Below, in pieces: positions 19,377 through 27,132 of a stretch of 37,193 nucleotides of DNA (its first letter is position 1; every line of letters starts with the position of its first letter). This stretch comes from a virus. Taxonomy: Duplodnaviria; Caudoviricetes. A program made the position numbers and the translations under genes. The DNA is taken from positions 1 through 37,193 of IMG/VR virus record IMGVR_UViG_3300033067_001088; one strand, written 5' to 3'. Below the pieces are notes generated by a model. The model was not told where the DNA came from, did no database searches, and saw only the letters and a program-made list of their open reading frames with translations.

Positions 19377-19472
19377 TTACGCCTCCACACCAAAATTAGA
19401 TTCAAGCACGTCAATAATGGCCTCTTGCGCGTCAGCCGTATAACCGGCGTCGTTTAACTGTACTGTTTTCAT
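19377..19472 (-). CDS. 31-aa peptide MKTVQLNDAGYTADAQEAIIDVLESNFGVEA
   Basis: GGAGAG RBS, tight packing, and similarity to the peptide at 32348-32449. Confidence 0.45.
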   Translation of the reverse strand: MKTVQLNDAGYTADAQEAIIDVLESNFGVEA

Positions 19473-19473
19473 C

Positions 19474-19563
19474 TCACTCTCCATCCGGGTCTAAATTATC
19501 CCACTCGTCCCATAGCTCATGGTCGAGCGGGTCGTTGTATTCATCTTCGTGTGCAAAAATCAC
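19474..19563 (-). CDS. 29-aa highly acidic peptide
   Basis: GTG start with GAGG RBS. MIFAHEDEYNDPLDHELWDEWDNLDPDGE. Confidence 0.5.
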   Translation of the reverse strand: MIFAHEDEYNDPLDHELWDEWDNLDPDGE

Positions 19564-19578
19564 TTTGTTTCCTCAAAA

Positions 19579-20367
19579 TTAAATGCCCAAATACTGCACA
19601 ACCATATTCTTTGCAGCCTCAACATCCATTGCTTTGACTAGTTTGTTTTGGCTTTTTGCTTTATCAAACAACACTAGGCCGCGTGCTAAATCCTCGCACC
19701 TTGTTGTATAGCTCCCGGACACAGACAAAGACCCGGACAGCATCATTTTTATAAAAGCATATCCAATTGGCGGAAGATTTTCTGAGTCGCCTAATCGTAG
19801 ATCGTTGTGCAATTTTTGAGGGTAATCTGTCTGGTCTATCATTGACCTCACAGCCAACGCTAAAATATATCCAGACCGAGTGACTATCTTGACGCCATTA
19901 TGATTTTTGGCAAAATAGGCAGATCGCCGACCTAGCTCGGTATTCAATATCAACACCAATTGATCCGCGCTATGATTTTTTGCACCAAAACGAATATCGC
20001 TAATCAATTTCAGCGCTGCAACCTCGTGCGTACTGATGTGTAAAATATCGCCATAGGTGCGCGTTACCTGTTTGTCAGTGACTTTAAACACATTATCACT
20101 TACGTTTCGAGATACTAAAACCTGAACCGGTATCCCTGATTTGATAATAGCGTGTAGCCGATGCTGGCCATCAACCAAAATTCCAGACTTATCAAACGCA
20201 ATTCCTTGGTGACTCAGAACCCATTCACCGCGTTTGATTGCATTTGACAGGTATTCAACATGAGACGTCCTGATGTTACGGTTATTGGTATTATGCTTTA
20301 AATACTCAGCCGCAATTTCCGGCGTAATGGTTTCAGTTGTAATTTGCATCTCTCTATCCTCACTCAA
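19579..20367 (-). CDS. ParB-like / DGQHR-motif protein
   Basis: ITPEIAAEYL..N..NR and LVDGQHRLHAI motifs. Confidence 0.75.
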   Translation of the reverse strand: MSEDREMQITTETITPEIAAEYLKHNTNNRNIRTSHVEYLSNAIKRGEWVLSHQGIAFDKSGILVDGQHRLHAIIKSGIPVQVLVSRNVSDNVFKVTDKQVTRTYGDILHISTHEVAALKLISDIRFGAKNHSADQLVLILNTELGRRSAYFAKNHNGVKIVTRSGYILALAVRSMIDQTDYPQKLHNDLRLGDSENLPPIGYAFIKMMLSGSLSVSGSYTTRCEDLARGLVLFDKAKSQNKLVKAMDVEAAKNMVVQYLGI

Positions 20368-20746
20368 AAATCACGCCCAGCTCTGAAACGGCGTAGGCTG
20401 TTACTTTAGTCACATAGTCAGCAAATTCGCTGACCGATAGTTTTGTGGTCGTTTCGCCGATCTTCCGACCGCCCGGCAGGTCAACCAGACCTAGAAAATT
20501 CCCTTTAAACCACTCATGCCAGCACTCGTCTGAATAGCGTTTGCCGTCAATCATGGCCTGTTCGCTGATCTGCCTCAGAAAAGCCCAATACAGGCGATTC
20601 TGTTGGTTATGGCGCTTGTCCTTGTACTCCGCCACCGTCACAGACAACGGCTTGCCAGACTCAGCACAGGAAGGCCAGTTGTTTTTCAGGTAGGCGTATA
20701 GCGCCCTGCATTGCGTTTCCTCGCGGAGTACAAAGAGCCTAGCCAC
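20360..20746 (-). CDS. ninB: NinB-family recombination protein
   Basis: R..QQNRLYW, WHEWFK and TTKLSVSEFADY motifs. Confidence 0.85.
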   Translation of the reverse strand: MARLFVLREETQCRALYAYLKNNWPSCAESGKPLSVTVAEYKDKRHNQQNRLYWAFLRQISEQAMIDGKRYSDECWHEWFKGNFLGLVDLPGGRKIGETTTKLSVSEFADYVTKVTAYAVSELGVIFE

Positions 20747-21353
20747 GATTTACGCGCCCCAGAACCTGATCATAATACTCGCGCAACTGTTCAACCCGGC
20801 AAATAATGGCCTGCTCTTTTGCCTCGTCACGCTCAAACGCAAACGATTTGACGCGCTTGGCCGGGTCAATGTGCGAGACAATGTGCAGGTCGCGCTGTTC
20901 ATATCCGATCAGATTCTCCGGCGTATCAACCAGGCAGTAATCAACAACCGCCGTGTCAACATCCCAGAGCCACATGTACCCGCGCATCTGCCATTCGTAA
21001 TCGCTGCAATCGGTTTCAAACAGCGGAAACGTCGCAATAGACCAGGATGTTTTGATGTCGCGAATCATGCTGCTGGTGAATATGTCACACTCCCCGGTTA
21101 TATAGTCATTAGTCCGGCGCTCGGTGTTTTTGGTGTACGACTCAAAAAACACGCTGTTCAGCAGGTCTATGCTGGCCTGCTCGCACTCAATGCCTTTTTG
21201 CATGGCTTTGCTGGTGATGACTTGACGGACTCCAAAATACTGCTCACGCACTAGATCATGCACAATGGATTTTGCAGTGTCTGAAAGAACCGCGCTTTTT
21301 GTGCGCGGCTCGGTCATCGCTGCTTTCAGTTGGCTACAGCGCAGCAGCAGCAT
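20739..21353 (-). CDS. YqaJ / lambda-exonuclease-like nuclease
   Basis: RCS, KGIECE, GECD, DIKTSW and YEWQMRGYM (PD-(D/E)xK fold). Adjacent to ERF. Confidence 0.8.
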   Translation of the reverse strand: MLLLRCSQLKAAMTEPRTKSAVLSDTAKSIVHDLVREQYFGVRQVITSKAMQKGIECEQASIDLLNSVFFESYTKNTERRTNDYITGECDIFTSSMIRDIKTSWSIATFPLFETDCSDYEWQMRGYMWLWDVDTAVVDYCLVDTPENLIGYEQRDLHIVSHIDPAKRVKSFAFERDEAKEQAIICRVEQLREYYDQVLGRVNRG

Positions 21354-21891
21354 GGCGTTGCTCCGGTGTCAGGTCATAATCGGTCAGCAGTTGTTCTTTG
21401 CTGAATTTTCCAGCTTCCACAGCGTCACAAGCAGACTTGAATCGAGCATCATTAAGCGACTGCTTTTGCTTTGGCGCTTGAATTGTCGCTTGTTGCGGTC
21501 GATGGCATACGGCGCTATTCCCGTCGTCATCCTCTTGTGCAATGCCGCACATGGCGGCCAGGCTATACCGGCGCAGATAGGTGATGGCAGATCCGACGCC
21601 TTGGGCATCTTGCTTGCCAACCGGCGATGAACAAACAGAGCTAATCCATTCGCCAGATGAATGGCTGATCATTGTTTCGACACTGGCAACGCCAGCATCA
21701 AACGATGGCGCTTGGATGATGGCCAGGCTGTGCGCGGCAAACACTGGGCGAACCGTGTTTAGCAGTTCGGCAAGGTCGGCATACCGGCTCTTGAAGTGTG
21801 GGTTTGCGCTGTTCTTGCTGGCGTTTTCAACCTCGGCTTGCGCCTTGGCGATGGCGGCGCTAATGGCCGCAATAGATTCAGAACGATTCAT
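21334..21891 (-). CDS. erf: ERF-family single-strand annealing protein
   Basis: NPHFKSRYADL, HSSGEW and GSAITYLRRYSL..GI..EDDDG motifs. Confidence 0.92.
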   Translation of the reverse strand: MNRSESIAAISAAIAKAQAEVENASKNSANPHFKSRYADLAELLNTVRPVFAAHSLAIIQAPSFDAGVASVETMISHSSGEWISSVCSSPVGKQDAQGVGSAITYLRRYSLAAMCGIAQEDDDGNSAVCHRPQQATIQAPKQKQSLNDARFKSACDAVEAGKFSKEQLLTDYDLTPEQRHAAAAL

Positions 21892-21998
21892 AACAAAACA
21901 CTCTCTATAGCCTCGCGCATAGTCTTACCCCATGCGCTTTTTTGTTGGTTTAACAGCACGACGAAATAGCCGTGCTGTGGGACGTGGACGATACTCAT
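21888..21998 (-). CDS. 36-aa hypothetical protein
   Basis: MSIVHVPQHGYFVVLLNQQKSAWGKTMREAIESVLL exactly fills the gap between two genes (ATGA overlap with erf). Confidence 0.55.
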   Translation of the reverse strand: MSIVHVPQHGYFVVLLNQQKSAWGKTMREAIESVLL

Positions 21999-22193
21999 TT
22001 AGCCGCACTCGCGCAGATAACGGTTCAATGTTTCGCCGCCCTTGATTGCGGCAGTTTCTGCCGCACGCAACTCAGCCATGAGCGCGTCAATTTTGGCGTC
22101 AGCCCATGCGCGATACGCTTTGTGCGCCCGGCCAATGACCATTGCTGTCAGGCCAGCAATGGCGCATAACAGCAGGAGGATGATAAATTCCAT
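21999..22193 (-). CDS. Small membrane-anchored protein
   Basis: MEFIILLLLCAIAGLTAMVIG hydrophobic N-terminus. GGGG RBS. Confidence 0.6.
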   Translation of the reverse strand: MEFIILLLLCAIAGLTAMVIGRAHKAYRAWADAKIDALMAELRAAETAAIKGGETLNRYLRECG

Positions 22194-22194
22194 G

Positions 22195-22377
22195 TTATTT
22201 CCCCAGTTTTTCCAGAGCTTCGCGGATACAAAATGCTGCATCTGCTAACTGCTCGTTTGTTGTTTTGCAATCGCCAGTGCGTTGTGCATTGGCAGCCTGT
22301 TTCAGCGCATTGATAGCGCCGTCAATGTCCCAGTAGATTTGAGCATCTGAATGATGCGGTTGTTGATAGTCATTCAT
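22195..22377 (-). CDS. 60-aa hypothetical protein
   Basis: MNDYQQPHH... start overlaps the upstream gene end. Confidence 0.6.
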   Translation of the reverse strand: MNDYQQPHHSDAQIYWDIDGAINALKQAANAQRTGDCKTTNEQLADAAFCIREALEKLGK

Positions 22378-22684
22378 TTGCGTTAATCCGAGTCCGGTCA
22401 ACATTTGCATCATAACCGCCTTTGCCAGCAAAAGCGGGATCAACCACCGTATTTCTGGCGTCGTGCTCGATTGCGGTGCAAAGTGCTGTAGTGCGCTCCA
22501 GTGCCTCTGTAGGCGTGTAGTTGCGCCACATGGCAACCTGATTACGATCAATCACAGCGCCCGTACTGTCGCGCCAGTGGTTCGGACGGTATGTGCAGCC
22601 GTCCAGAACAGTGCCATCTTCAAGTTCTACGCGCACTTCGCGCATTGGGATAGGTCGTTGTTGTTTTGCGTTTTGCCATTTCAT
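22370..22684 (-). CDS. Hypothetical protein, first gene of the leftward operon
   Basis: GGAGAG RBS. 104 aa. Confidence 0.7.
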   Translation of the reverse strand: MKWQNAKQQRPIPMREVRVELEDGTVLDGCTYRPNHWRDSTGAVIDRNQVAMWRNYTPTEALERTTALCTAIEHDARNTVVDPAFAGKGGYDANVDRTRINANE

Positions 22685-22729
22685 TTTTCATCTCTCCAGG
22701 GCGCAGACAACGCCGTCTGCATGGCATTG

Positions 22730-22790
22730 ATTATGTCACAACTGTTTATCGTGTCAACAGTATTGACATTATTTTTTTATGCTTTATGCT
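22730..22790. promoter_or_regulatory. Back-to-back divergent sigma70-like promoters
   Basis: TTGACA on the minus strand (22752-57) with CATAAT (22730-35), and TTGACA on the plus strand (22763-68) with TATGCT (22785-90). Both spacers are 16 nt. Confidence 0.7.
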
Positions 22791-22809
22791 TTGGTCATCG
22801 GGGGTAAAA

Positions 22810-23001
22810 ATGACTGAGTTAAAAGACGTGTGCGAGCTGGCGCGGGAACTGGTGGTTAAATACGACACCCAGGAACGCGCAGCAGACGCTGCAAAAGTGC
22901 ATCAGAACATCATTAGCCGTCTTTGTCGTGGCGAACGCTCAGATGTGCGTTTGAGCACGTACAAACGGATGATTGATGCACTCGAAAAATCTGTGAGGTA
23001 G
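22810..23001 (+). CDS. Cro/XRE-like helix-turn-helix regulator (63 aa)
   Basis: TQERAADAAKVHQNIISRLCRG HTH. GGGGG RBS before ATG 22810. Confidence 0.8.
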   Translation: MTELKDVCELARELVVKYDTQERAADAAKVHQNIISRLCRGERSDVRLSTYKRMIDALEKSVR

Positions 23002-23009
23002 GATTGCAT

Positions 23010-23153
23010 AGCACATGCGCCAAGGACGGGAGCTGATAGGTTACGGTGTGAGGCTGGCCTATCTGATTGGGATGAATGTGCAGGCAAGGTTTTGTACCAC
23101 CTAAGTACGGATTCATCATCCGGCCGATTCGATGTGCTGGCGGGCAAGCCGCC
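23010..23153 (+). ncRNA. Putative multi-stem structured RNA
   Basis: Nested stems AGCACAT/ATGTGCT, GATAGGTTA/TGGCCTATC, GATGAAT/ATTCATC and GTAC/GTAC, then GGCGG/CCGCC. Confidence 0.45.
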
Positions 23154-23161
23154 GACACTAT

Positions 23162-23237
23162 GGGCGTACAGCACTGGGTGTGCAGTCAGGTGATCATGAC
23201 CCTGAAAGGCGCGGTTCGATTCCGTGGTAGCCCGTCA
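23162..23237 (+). tRNA. Degenerate tRNA-like element (CAT in an enlarged anticodon loop)
   Basis: D stem GCAC/GTGC. Anticodon stem TCAGG/CCTGA around TGATCATGAC. T arm CGCGG-TTCGATT-CCGTG. Imperfect acceptor GGGC(G)TAC/GTAGCCC. Ends TCA rather than CCA. Confidence 0.55.
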
Positions 23238-23261
23238 ATTTTAATAAACGAGGATTTCAAA

Positions 23262-23831
23262 TTGAGTAATCACGTAACCCCATCCATTGGCCGCATCGTC
23301 TGGTATCGCGGTCAGGACAATATTGTCCGCGCCGCCATTGTCACCCACGTCTGGAGTCAATTCCTGATCAATCTGCACGCCTTTGGCAAAGACCAGAACG
23401 ATCCAGAGGCGGGTATTCATACATCGGTAACGCATGGCGATATTGAGCACGAGCCGAGCTGCTGCCCGTCATGGAGCTGGATGCCATACCAGAAAGGCCA
23501 GGCCGCAAAGACCGAGCAGTTGGAGCAGAAGCTGGTGAGCGGTTCTGTTGGCTGCTCAACTGACGTGGGCTGCAGCAGTTTACTGCCGCACCAGCAGCGC
23601 GTAGTCACCGAGCGCGATGAACTGGTAGGCCGCCTGTCTCGGCTCTATGACTTCGTTGACGACGATAACCCGGTGTTCAGCAAACTGGATGACGAAGAAA
23701 AAAGCCGTTTGCGCCGCCAGCTTGGCCACATGACTGGTTATGCCGAAGTGCTGGGCGAGCGCATTGCTGCTTTCCAGCAAGCCATCATTCCGGATGCGGT
23801 GATCAAGTCACATGGGGCTGTCTCAAGTTGA
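23262..23831 (+). CDS. Two-domain protein: unknown PSIGRIVWY domain plus crAss001_48/Y16Q-like domain (candidate anti-defence)
   Basis: TTG start with GAGGA RBS. The C-terminal half has PHQQRVVTERDEL...RLRRQLGHMTGYAEVLGERIAAF. Confidence 0.75.
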   Translation: MSNHVTPSIGRIVWYRGQDNIVRAAIVTHVWSQFLINLHAFGKDQNDPEAGIHTSVTHGDIEHEPSCCPSWSWMPYQKGQAAKTEQLEQKLVSGSVGCSTDVGCSSLLPHQQRVVTERDELVGRLSRLYDFVDDDNPVFSKLDDEEKSRLRRQLGHMTGYAEVLGERIAAFQQAIIPDAVIKSHGAVSS

Positions 23832-24030
23832 GACTGGCTCGCCACTGGAATTGCTGACCTTCTGCGTCCTGGTGCTGCGCAACGGTTTCACCGTGACCGG
23901 CGAGAGCGCATGCGCCAGCCCTGAAAACTTTGATGCAGAAATTGGCCGCAAGATCGCCCGGCAGAACGCCATCAACAAAATATGGCCGCTGATGGGTTAT
24001 GCACTCAAACAGCGACTGCACAATCAATAA
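23812..24030 (+). CDS. tad1: Gp49-family / Tad1-like nucleotide sponge domain, probably fused to the upstream ORF through a frameshift
   Basis: LTFCVLVLRNGFTVTGESACASPENFDAEIGRKIARQNAINKIWPLMGY. No Shine-Dalgarno before its ATG. Confidence 0.7.
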   Translation: MGLSQVETGSPLELLTFCVLVLRNGFTVTGESACASPENFDAEIGRKIARQNAINKIWPLMGYALKQRLHNQ

Positions 24031-24047
24031 CCTCCAAGCTACATAAC

Positions 24048-24073
24048 AAAGCCCTGCAAGTCAGGGCTTTTTT
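24048..24073 (+). terminator. Rho-independent terminator
   Basis: AAAGCCCTG-CAAGT-CAGGGC-TTTTTT. Confidence 0.85.
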
Positions 24074-24154
24074 ACGCCCGCATTTTGGCCTAATCTGACA
24101 ATGTATAACGTGTGTTGTTTGTGTACACTGGCAGCACATTACAGAGAGGTAGTT

Positions 24155-24292
24155 ATGAAAACACGAAAGAACATCACCATCTGCCCGATAGTCTGGGCGG
24201 AGTTGAAAAAGCAGGCGCAGAAGATGGGGCGCAGTGCGGCAAGCCTGAACGAAGAAGCTGTGCGTAAGTATTTGGCGGAGGTGAAGAAATGA
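24155..24292 (+). CDS. Ribbon-helix-helix DNA-binding protein (45 aa)
   Basis: RKNITI strand plus two helices. GAGGT RBS. Confidence 0.75.
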   Translation: MKTRKNITICPIVWAELKKQAQKMGRSAASLNEEAVRKYLAEVKK

Positions 24293-26778
24293 ATGTCGAT
24301 TACATGAACTTTGTTCGCAGCAAAATCCAGCTGGCCAAGTTTGATGGGTTTGAAATTGATGAAATTGAAATTTCCCCTATCCTGAAGCCGCACCAGCGAG
24401 ATATTGTCAAATGGGCAGTTCGCGGCGGTTGTCGTGCTATTTTTGCCGCGTTTGGTCTTGGTAAATCGGTAATGCAGATTGAAACGCTGCGTCTGATTCA
24501 TGCGCACGCTGGCGGCAAGGTTTTAGTTATTTGCCCGCTCGGTGTCCGTCAAGAGTTCAAGCGCGATGCTCAAATGCTTGGCGTTCAGTTTGAGTTTATT
24601 CGCCGCGAATCCGAAATGGTTGAAGGTTGCGATTTCTATCTGACCAACTATGAATCCGTGCGAGACGGCAAGCTGGACGTTAACCTTTTTACGGCTGTTT
24701 CTCTGGACGAAGCATCGGTTTTGCGCTCGTTTGGCAGCGATACCTATCAGACGTTTTTGCAGGTGTTCAAAACAGTCAAATATCGTTTTGTCGCGACCGC
24801 AACACCATCGCCAAACCGATTCAAGGAATTGATTCACTATGCAGGTTTTCTTGGCATCATGGATACAGGCCAAGCATTGACCCGGTTCTTCAAGCGCGAT
24901 TCGACAAAGGCTAATAACTTGACGCTTTATCCGCACAAAGAGCGCGAGTTCTGGCTATGGATGAGTTCATGGGCGGTATTCATTAGCAAGCCGTCAGACC
25001 TTGGATACGATGACGACGGATACGATATGCCACCGGTAAAGGTCATCATTCACGAGTTGCCGACTGATCACGATGGAGCCGGAGCAGACCGCGACGGTCA
25101 GGGCATCCTGTTTCGTGATACGGCAATGGGGCTGTCATCGGCAGCGGCGGAAAAACGGGAAAGCCTGGAAGCTCGGATTGCTAAGACGGTCGAGATCGTC
25201 AACGCATCGCCTGATGATCACTTCATTATCTGGCATGACCTAGAAACCGAACGTGCGGCGATTCAGAAGGCCATTCCAGAATCTGTTGCCGTTTACGGAA
25301 ATCAAGACCTTGAAGATCGTGAAGATCGGATTATCGGATTTTCCAATGGCGATTTTCGGATATTGAGTACCAAGCCGGTTATTGCCGGTTCAGGATGCAA
25401 TTTTCAGCGTCACTGTCACAAGATGATTTTCACCGGCATTGGCTACAAGTTTAACGACTTTGTACAAAGCATCCATCGGGTTCAACGATTCCAGCAGCAA
25501 TATGAGTGCGAGATTCACATCATCCACACCGAAGCCGAGCGCGATGTTTTGAAGGTGCTTTTTGAAAAGTGGAAACAACATAACGAGATGGTGACCAACA
25601 TGACCGAGATTATCCGCAAATATGGCCTGAACCACATTCAGATGGCCGAAGAACTGACCCGTTCCATTGGAGTTGACAGAATCGAGGTATCTGGCAATGG
25701 CTGGACAGTAGCTAATAACGATTGCGTTATTGAGGCACGTCGCCAGCCTGAAAACCATGTAGACCTGATTGTCACGTCGATTCCGTTCGCCAATCATTAC
25801 GAGTACACCCCGAGCTACAACGATTTCGGCCACACTGAGAACAACAATCATTTTTGGGCGCAGATGGACTTTTTGACGCCGGAACTGTTGCGCATCCTAA
25901 AGCCTGGCCGCATCTACGCTTGCCACGTTAAAGACCGCATCCTGTTCGGCAACGTGACCGGCGCTGGCGCTCCGACTGTTTCCCCGTTCCACTGTGAAGC
26001 GACGTTCCACGGCCTAAAACACGGTTTTGACTACATGGGCATGATTACCGTAGTTACTGACGTGGTGCGCGAGAATAACCAGACTTACCGGCTCGGCTGG
26101 TCTGAGCAGTGCAAGGACGGGACAAAAATGGGTGTTGGCTCACCTGAGTATATTATTCTGTTTCGCAAGCCGCAGACTGACCGCACAAGAGGTTATGCTG
26201 ACGACCCGGTCAAGAAATCGAAAGAAGACTATACCCGCGCCCATTGGCAGGTTGACGCTCATGCGTTCTGGCGGTCAAGCGGAAACCGCATGATTACCGC
26301 CGAAGAAATGGCCGGTTATGGCCCGGATAAACTGGCATCTCTGTACACAAAATACAGCCTGCAAAACGTCTATGACTACGAGCATCACGTAAAATTGGGT
26401 GAAGATTTGGAATTGCGCGGGGCTTTGCCTTCAACGTTCATGTCATTAGCGCCAGGTTCGCACCATCCTGACGTATGGCATGATGTTAATCGCATGTTGA
26501 CACTGAATAGCGATCAATCAAAACGCGCCGTGGAGCAACATGTGTGCCCTTTGCAGATCGATATTGTTAAACGACTGATTGAGCGTTACAGCAATAAGGG
26601 CGAACTGGTTTACGATCCATTCTGCGGGCTTGGAACTGTGCCCTACTGTGCGCTGGAAATGGGTCGAAAAGGTCAAGGCAGTGAATTGAATCCGGGTTAT
26701 TTTATGGATTCCACATACTATCTGAAATCAATGGAGCAGAAGGTAAGTTCGCCAAAATTATTTGATTTTGAGTTTTAG
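24289..26778 (+). CDS. SNF2-like helicase fused to an N4C/N6A DNA methyltransferase
   Basis: FGLGKS, LDEAS, TATP, GCNFQ and R..RFQQ helicase motifs. DLIVTSIPF, HVCPLQ and DPFCGLGT methylase motifs (beta order). Confidence 0.9.
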   Translation: MNVDYMNFVRSKIQLAKFDGFEIDEIEISPILKPHQRDIVKWAVRGGCRAIFAAFGLGKSVMQIETLRLIHAHAGGKVLVICPLGVRQEFKRDAQMLGVQFEFIRRESEMVEGCDFYLTNYESVRDGKLDVNLFTAVSLDEASVLRSFGSDTYQTFLQVFKTVKYRFVATATPSPNRFKELIHYAGFLGIMDTGQALTRFFKRDSTKANNLTLYPHKEREFWLWMSSWAVFISKPSDLGYDDDGYDMPPVKVIIHELPTDHDGAGADRDGQGILFRDTAMGLSSAAAEKRESLEARIAKTVEIVNASPDDHFIIWHDLETERAAIQKAIPESVAVYGNQDLEDREDRIIGFSNGDFRILSTKPVIAGSGCNFQRHCHKMIFTGIGYKFNDFVQSIHRVQRFQQQYECEIHIIHTEAERDVLKVLFEKWKQHNEMVTNMTEIIRKYGLNHIQMAEELTRSIGVDRIEVSGNGWTVANNDCVIEARRQPENHVDLIVTSIPFANHYEYTPSYNDFGHTENNNHFWAQMDFLTPELLRILKPGRIYACHVKDRILFGNVTGAGAPTVSPFHCEATFHGLKHGFDYMGMITVVTDVVRENNQTYRLGWSEQCKDGTKMGVGSPEYIILFRKPQTDRTRGYADDPVKKSKEDYTRAHWQVDAHAFWRSSGNRMITAEEMAGYGPDKLASLYTKYSLQNVYDYEHHVKLGEDLELRGALPSTFMSLAPGSHHPDVWHDVNRMLTLNSDQSKRAVEQHVCPLQIDIVKRLIERYSNKGELVYDPFCGLGTVPYCALEMGRKGQGSELNPGYFMDSTYYLKSMEQKVSSPKLFDFEF

Positions 26779-26780
26779 AA

Positions 26781-27128
26781 ATGAAACTTGGCCCTGAATC
26801 AAAACTATCAATCATGGCCGCTCGGTTAGGGAAGACCGAGCATCAATTCCTGTCAGCCGCCATCAAAAGCGGCATGACGGGCAAACAGATAGCCGCATTG
26901 ACAGGAGTCGCGGAATGTACCGTAAGCCGCCGTATAAACGCATTGGGATTGCGTACGGTTGCAGAGTATCAGCATTTGAGCATGGCCGATGTCCTGTCAG
27001 TCGAAAAACTTGGTTTGTCGCTTAACCGTAGCGCCTACCTGCTCAACTGCCCAATAGCAAGCCTCTCCGACTACGTCGCCCGGCACAACATAGCCTGGCG
27101 CGGAAAGGGCAGGTGGAACGGAAAATAA
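26781..27128 (+). CDS. HTH-repeat protein
   Basis: GMTGKQIAALTGVAECTVSRRI HTH plus a second degenerate HTH. Confidence 0.7.
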   Translation: MKLGPESKLSIMAARLGKTEHQFLSAAIKSGMTGKQIAALTGVAECTVSRRINALGLRTVAEYQHLSMADVLSVEKLGLSLNRSAYLLNCPIASLSDYVARHNIAWRGKGRWNGK

Positions 27129-27132
27129 CCCC

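Noticed and set aside
22666-22809. N-terminal extension of the HTH ORF in the track
   Set aside because: It overlaps the divergent promoters. The RBS supports ATG 22810.
23076-23261. N-terminal extension of the 251-aa ORF in the track
   Set aside because: It runs through the structured RNA and tRNA-like region. A good RBS precedes TTG 23262.
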